Assembly (NCBI GenBank): GCA_902534495.1
Contig: CACAQC010000004.1
Coordinates: forward strand, 5,657-69,656
Reading direction: 5' to 3'
Origin: an uncultured Candidatus Actinomarina sp.
GTDB lineage: Bacteria; Actinomycetota; Acidimicrobiia; Actinomarinales; Actinomarinaceae
DNA length: 64,000 nt
Part shown: one piece after another, positions 60,890 to 64,000 of the stretch
Layout of the letters: the number at the start of each line of letters is the position of its first letter
Numbering within the stretch: position 1 is the stretch's first letter
Notes under the pieces: model-generated
Seen by the model: the letters and a program-made list of their open reading frames with translations, nothing else
Told to the model about the DNA's origin: nothing
Databases searched by the model: none
Made by a program: the position numbers and the translations under genes

Positions 60890-62775
60890 TATACAATCTT
60901 GGTATTTTATTTAGCTGGTTAAGCTTTTCAGTTTTAATATATCTGTTTTTTACTGAAAGCAAATATAGAGTTCATTTGCTAGTTAGAGTAAATCTATTTT
61001 TACAGATTTTTTTATTTTGTTTATTGGAAATAGGGCTGTTCTTAAATGACTTTTCAGTATCCTATATAGCTAATTACTCAGCTGTTTCTACTCCCCCGCT
61101 TTATAAGTTTGCATCTTTGTGGGGTTCTCTTGATGGTTCAATTTTATTGTGGAATTTATGTTTGAGCATATTTATGTTCCTATATCTTAAATACTATAAA
61201 ATTGAAAATTCGAATCTAGACATAAAAATATTTTCATTTATAACCATATTTTTCGTTGGTTATACAGTTTTCAGTTCCTCTCCTTTTGCGGGATGTATTG
61301 AATTAGCAACAATTGGTTGCAACAAATCAACCTTGATTCCATTTCAAAATACACTTATGAGTAATTTAGGAAGAGGGCCAAATCCTTTATTGCAAAATCA
61401 TCCCTTGATGGCCATTCACCCTCCAATGCTTTATATAGGTTATGTAGGTATGACGCTTCCTTTTGTTGCAGCTACTAGTCGATTGTTCAAAAGAGATCAA
61501 TCAGATGATTGGATTGAGGTAGCTGAAAAAACAACTTATGTTCCTTGGTTATTCTTAACAATTGGCATAACTCTGGGCGCAGCATGGTCATATGAAGTTC
61601 TAGGTTGGGGCGGTTACTGGGCTTGGGATCCTGTAGAGAATGTATCATTTATCCCATGGCTACTTGCAACTGCATTTTTACACTCGTCAAAAATTCAAAA
61701 ATCTAGCAATACATTATTAAATTGGAACTACATACTAGTTGGACTAATGTTTCTTTCTACAATTTTTGGAACATTTGTTACAAGATCTGGTGTTTTAATA
61801 TCAGTTCATGCTTTTTCAAATGGAAATATTGGTACTTATCTATTAATAGGTCTTACGATTTTTAGTTTGTTATTTATATTTATTGGTTCAAAAAATATTG
61901 AATACTTTTCTGAATCAAAAAAAATTAATAATTGGTTTGGTAAGTCTGGTTTTTTTGTTTTGAATAATATTATCTTGTTTTCTTCAGCTTTAGTGGTATT
62001 TATTGGAACAATATTTCCATTATTTTATGAGACCATCTATGACAGACAAATTACTATTGGTAGAGCTTATTACGATATTATCGTAGGACCAATGTTATTA
62101 GTTTTACTTTGCTTAATGATTTTCTCGATAAAACTTACAGTAAATAATATAAATTTAAATTCATGGTTTACTGAAAACTCTAATTTACTAAATTTATCAT
62201 TAGCCATAGCAATATTTTTATTAATAAATTTAAACAATAATTATTTTTTAATAGTTACCACTGCTGCATCTATAATTCTTATTCTTTTAACAATCAAAAA
62301 TATGGTTAAAAGAGTAAAAATTACAAACACAAATAAAACATACTGGACAGGTCAAATAGCTCATTTGGGTATAGCTGTTTTTGCACTTGGTATTATTTTG
62401 AATGTAACACAAAGCTATTCAACTGAAAAAGAAATCAATTCTTTTCAAGAATTTGAATTCAATAACTCTTCTTTTTTTGTATATGACTCTATAGAAGAAA
62501 ATAAACCAGAAAAGACGATAATCAAACTTCCAATTTCCAATGAGATTACTACAAAATATACATCTTTAAATATTTTTAGAAATTCCTCACAACAAGCTAT
62601 AAGTTCGCCTGCTGTATTTAGATCATTGTCTAACGATATCTATATAACTGTAAAATTTATAGATGAAGATAGTTACAAATTAATAGTTAGAAACAACCAC
62701 GGCATTTTAATTATGTGGATTGGTTTATTCATATCCTCGATTTCATTTATTCCAAGGCTAAAAAAACGTGTATAA
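60886..62775 (+). CDS. ccmF: Cytochrome c-type biogenesis protein CcmF (heme lyase)
   Basis: 629 aa, polytopic. WWD motif WGGYWAWDPVEN. Confidence 0.93.
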   Translation: MIYNLGILFSWLSFSVLIYLFFTESKYRVHLLVRVNLFLQIFLFCLLEIGLFLNDFSVSYIANYSAVSTPPLYKFASLWGSLDGSILLWNLCLSIFMFLYLKYYKIENSNLDIKIFSFITIFFVGYTVFSSSPFAGCIELATIGCNKSTLIPFQNTLMSNLGRGPNPLLQNHPLMAIHPPMLYIGYVGMTLPFVAATSRLFKRDQSDDWIEVAEKTTYVPWLFLTIGITLGAAWSYEVLGWGGYWAWDPVENVSFIPWLLATAFLHSSKIQKSSNTLLNWNYILVGLMFLSTIFGTFVTRSGVLISVHAFSNGNIGTYLLIGLTIFSLLFIFIGSKNIEYFSESKKINNWFGKSGFFVLNNIILFSSALVVFIGTIFPLFYETIYDRQITIGRAYYDIIVGPMLLVLLCLMIFSIKLTVNNINLNSWFTENSNLLNLSLAIAIFLLINLNNNYFLIVTTAASIILILLTIKNMVKRVKITNTNKTYWTGQIAHLGIAVFALGIILNVTQSYSTEKEINSFQEFEFNNSSFFVYDSIEENKPEKTIIKLPISNEITTKYTSLNIFRNSSQQAISSPAVFRSLSNDIYITVKFIDEDSYKLIVRNNHGILIMWIGLFISSISFIPRLKKRV

Positions 62776-63121
62776 AAAGTACTTAACATTCGCTTTAATA
62801 ACTATTTTGGCATCAGTTCCGCTATTTCTTCCAAATAATGAATCAAGATTTGATGAATGGAGTAAGTCTTTATTATGCCCTGTATGTCAAGGTGAAACTA
62901 TTTATGATTCTCCATCTGAATATGCAGACGACATGAGATCTATTCTCCAAGAACAAATAAACAACGGCATGACAGATAATGATATTTATGAGTTTTGGGT
63001 TACTAGATATGGTGAGAGAATAATTACAAATCCTATTGAAAAAAATTATGAAATTGTTTTGATTCCATTATTTTTAGTTTTGATATTTATATACGTTTTT
63101 TTGAGAAAATTATATGTTTAA
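62768..63121 (+). CDS. ccmH: Cytochrome c-type biogenesis protein CcmH
   Basis: 117 aa. Contains LLCPVCQGE (the LRCxxCQ-type redox motif) and a C-terminal TM helix. Confidence 0.85.
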   Translation: MYKKYLTFALITILASVPLFLPNNESRFDEWSKSLLCPVCQGETIYDSPSEYADDMRSILQEQINNGMTDNDIYEFWVTRYGERIITNPIEKNYEIVLIPLFLVLIFIYVFLRKLYV

Positions 63122-63650
63122 AAATAAATGGTTTTATTCATCAATTTTTATTGTTTTTTTCCCAATTTTTCTATTTGTTAATCTAGAAAATAATACTGAG
63201 AATTCCTCAAATCAATCAACAAACTTAGACGAAGTTTCAAATCAAGAAATGGAAAAAGTGATTGAACTGAATCCGGACATAATGCCTATGAGAATAGCTC
63301 TAGCTAATAGGTATTTTGAAGCTTTTGATTATTCGAGTGCTTTACCCCACTTCATGTATGTTGCTGAAAATTCTGATGATGTAGATTTAAAAAGTCTGTC
63401 ATTATCTCAAATTGGTTGGATGGTATATGAGTCTGGAGACATAAATACATCTTTAAATTACATAAATGAGGCCTTAAGAATATCACCAAAGTCATTAGTA
63501 GCACAAACTTATAGAGGAATTATCTTAATTCAACAATCAGATACAAGAGATGAGGGAATATTAATCTTAGATTCATTACGTAGTAATCCTTCGTTATCGG
63601 AAGAAGATTTGTCAATTATTGAAGAGATTTTGGAAATTTATGAAAGCTAG
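63114..63650 (+). CDS. TPR-repeat protein, CcmI/CycH-like
   Basis: 178 aa with an N-terminal TM helix and TPR-like repeats (ALANRYFEAFDYSSALPHF, LNYINEALRISPKS). Located after ccmH. Confidence 0.55.
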   Translation: MFKNKWFYSSIFIVFFPIFLFVNLENNTENSSNQSTNLDEVSNQEMEKVIELNPDIMPMRIALANRYFEAFDYSSALPHFMYVAENSDDVDLKSLSLSQIGWMVYESGDINTSLNYINEALRISPKSLVAQTYRGIILIQQSDTRDEGILILDSLRSNPSLSEEDLSIIEEILEIYES

Positions 63651-64000
63651 AATTGTTTTATTACTTTTTTTAATTATGTCATGCTCTGTAGATTCTGAAA
63701 ATTCGAAGATTGAAATTGAACAAAGTATTTTTAATAGTCTTAAAGCACTCGAAACAAATGAAAGTTTATCAATTGACACATCGAGTTATGTAATTATTAA
63801 TTATTGGGCATCATGGTGTCTTGAATGCATTGAAGAACATCAATTTTTAATGGAATTATCAAAAACAAGAGGCTTGAAAGATAAAGTCATACTTGTATCC
63901 TTCCAAGATTCTATTGAGAACTCAATAGACTTTGTAAATGAATACGGAAGAGGAGATATAATTTACGCAATCGATACAGAAAGTAAACTAGCAATTTATT
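63640..64000 (+). CDS. Thioredoxin-fold thiol:disulfide oxidoreductase, CcmG/DsbE/TlpA-like, probable lipoprotein (3' end beyond window)
   Basis: Not in the ORF track because it runs off the window. My translation is MKARIVLLLFLIMSCSVDSEN...VIINYWASWCLECIEEHQFL... It has a lipobox-like IMSC and a WCxxC active site. The frame is open to 64000. Confidence 0.75.
   Translation, partial: MKARIVLLLFLIMSCSVDSENSKIEIEQSIFNSLKALETNESLSIDTSSYVIINYWASWCLECIEEHQFLMELSKTRGLKDKVILVSFQDSIENSIDFVNEYGRGDIIYAIDTESKLAIY

Noticed and set aside
1-64000. Scan for CRISPR arrays, IS elements, integrases, prophage genes, rRNA, large repeats and compositional islands
   Set aside because: None were seen. Apart from the tRNA, the mraZ-rsmH element and the ilv attenuator, the window is uniformly AT-rich coding sequence with conserved housekeeping synteny.

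Overview
This is an AT-rich (about one-third G+C by eye), very gene-dense chromosomal core segment. Gene order matches Actinobacteria: polA-rpsA-coaE-uvrB, a full dcw cluster from mraZ to ftsZ, then pgeF-yggS-sepF-yggT, ileS, a dksA-like gene, lspA, rluA-family and dnaE. The low G+C, shortened proteins and overlapping junctions suggest a streamlined, possibly marine or freshwater planktonic actinobacterial lineage; that placement is inference only. The minus strand (1-49.8 kb) carries uvrBAC, coaE, rpsA, polA, ccdA, nth, dnaE, the dcw/cell-division cluster, ilvD and queG. The plus strand (49.9-64 kb) is one nearly gapless array: ilvBNC-leuA-leuB, a nitroreductase, a TrmH methyltransferase, a DnaQ-like exonuclease/GIY-YIG fusion, and a System I cytochrome c maturation cluster (ccmABCEFH, a TPR ccmI-like gene and a ccmG-like gene) that runs off the window. 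Two genes absent from the ORF track because they are truncated by the window edges are added: uvrC (1-720, minus) and the ccmG-like thioredoxin (63640-64000, plus). Non-coding elements supported directly by the sequence are:
- a tRNA-Leu(CAA);
- an 87-nt G+C-enriched nested hairpin filling the mraZ-rsmH spacer (candidate mraW RNA motif);
- 10-bp-phased AAAGTG(G/T) repeats over a TTGCAA-17-TATAAT promoter upstream of mraZ (candidate MraZ operator);
- a Leu/Ile/Val-rich 16-codon leader ORF plus a hairpin/T9 terminator upstream of ilvB.

I saw no CRISPR array, transposase, integrase, prophage or obvious defence island, and I cannot support a claim of a wholly new multi-gene system here. The most unusual items are the System I Ccm cluster (without ccmD) in an otherwise actinobacterial context, the regulatory RNA and operator elements, and the absence of murF and divIVA from their canonical syntenic slots.
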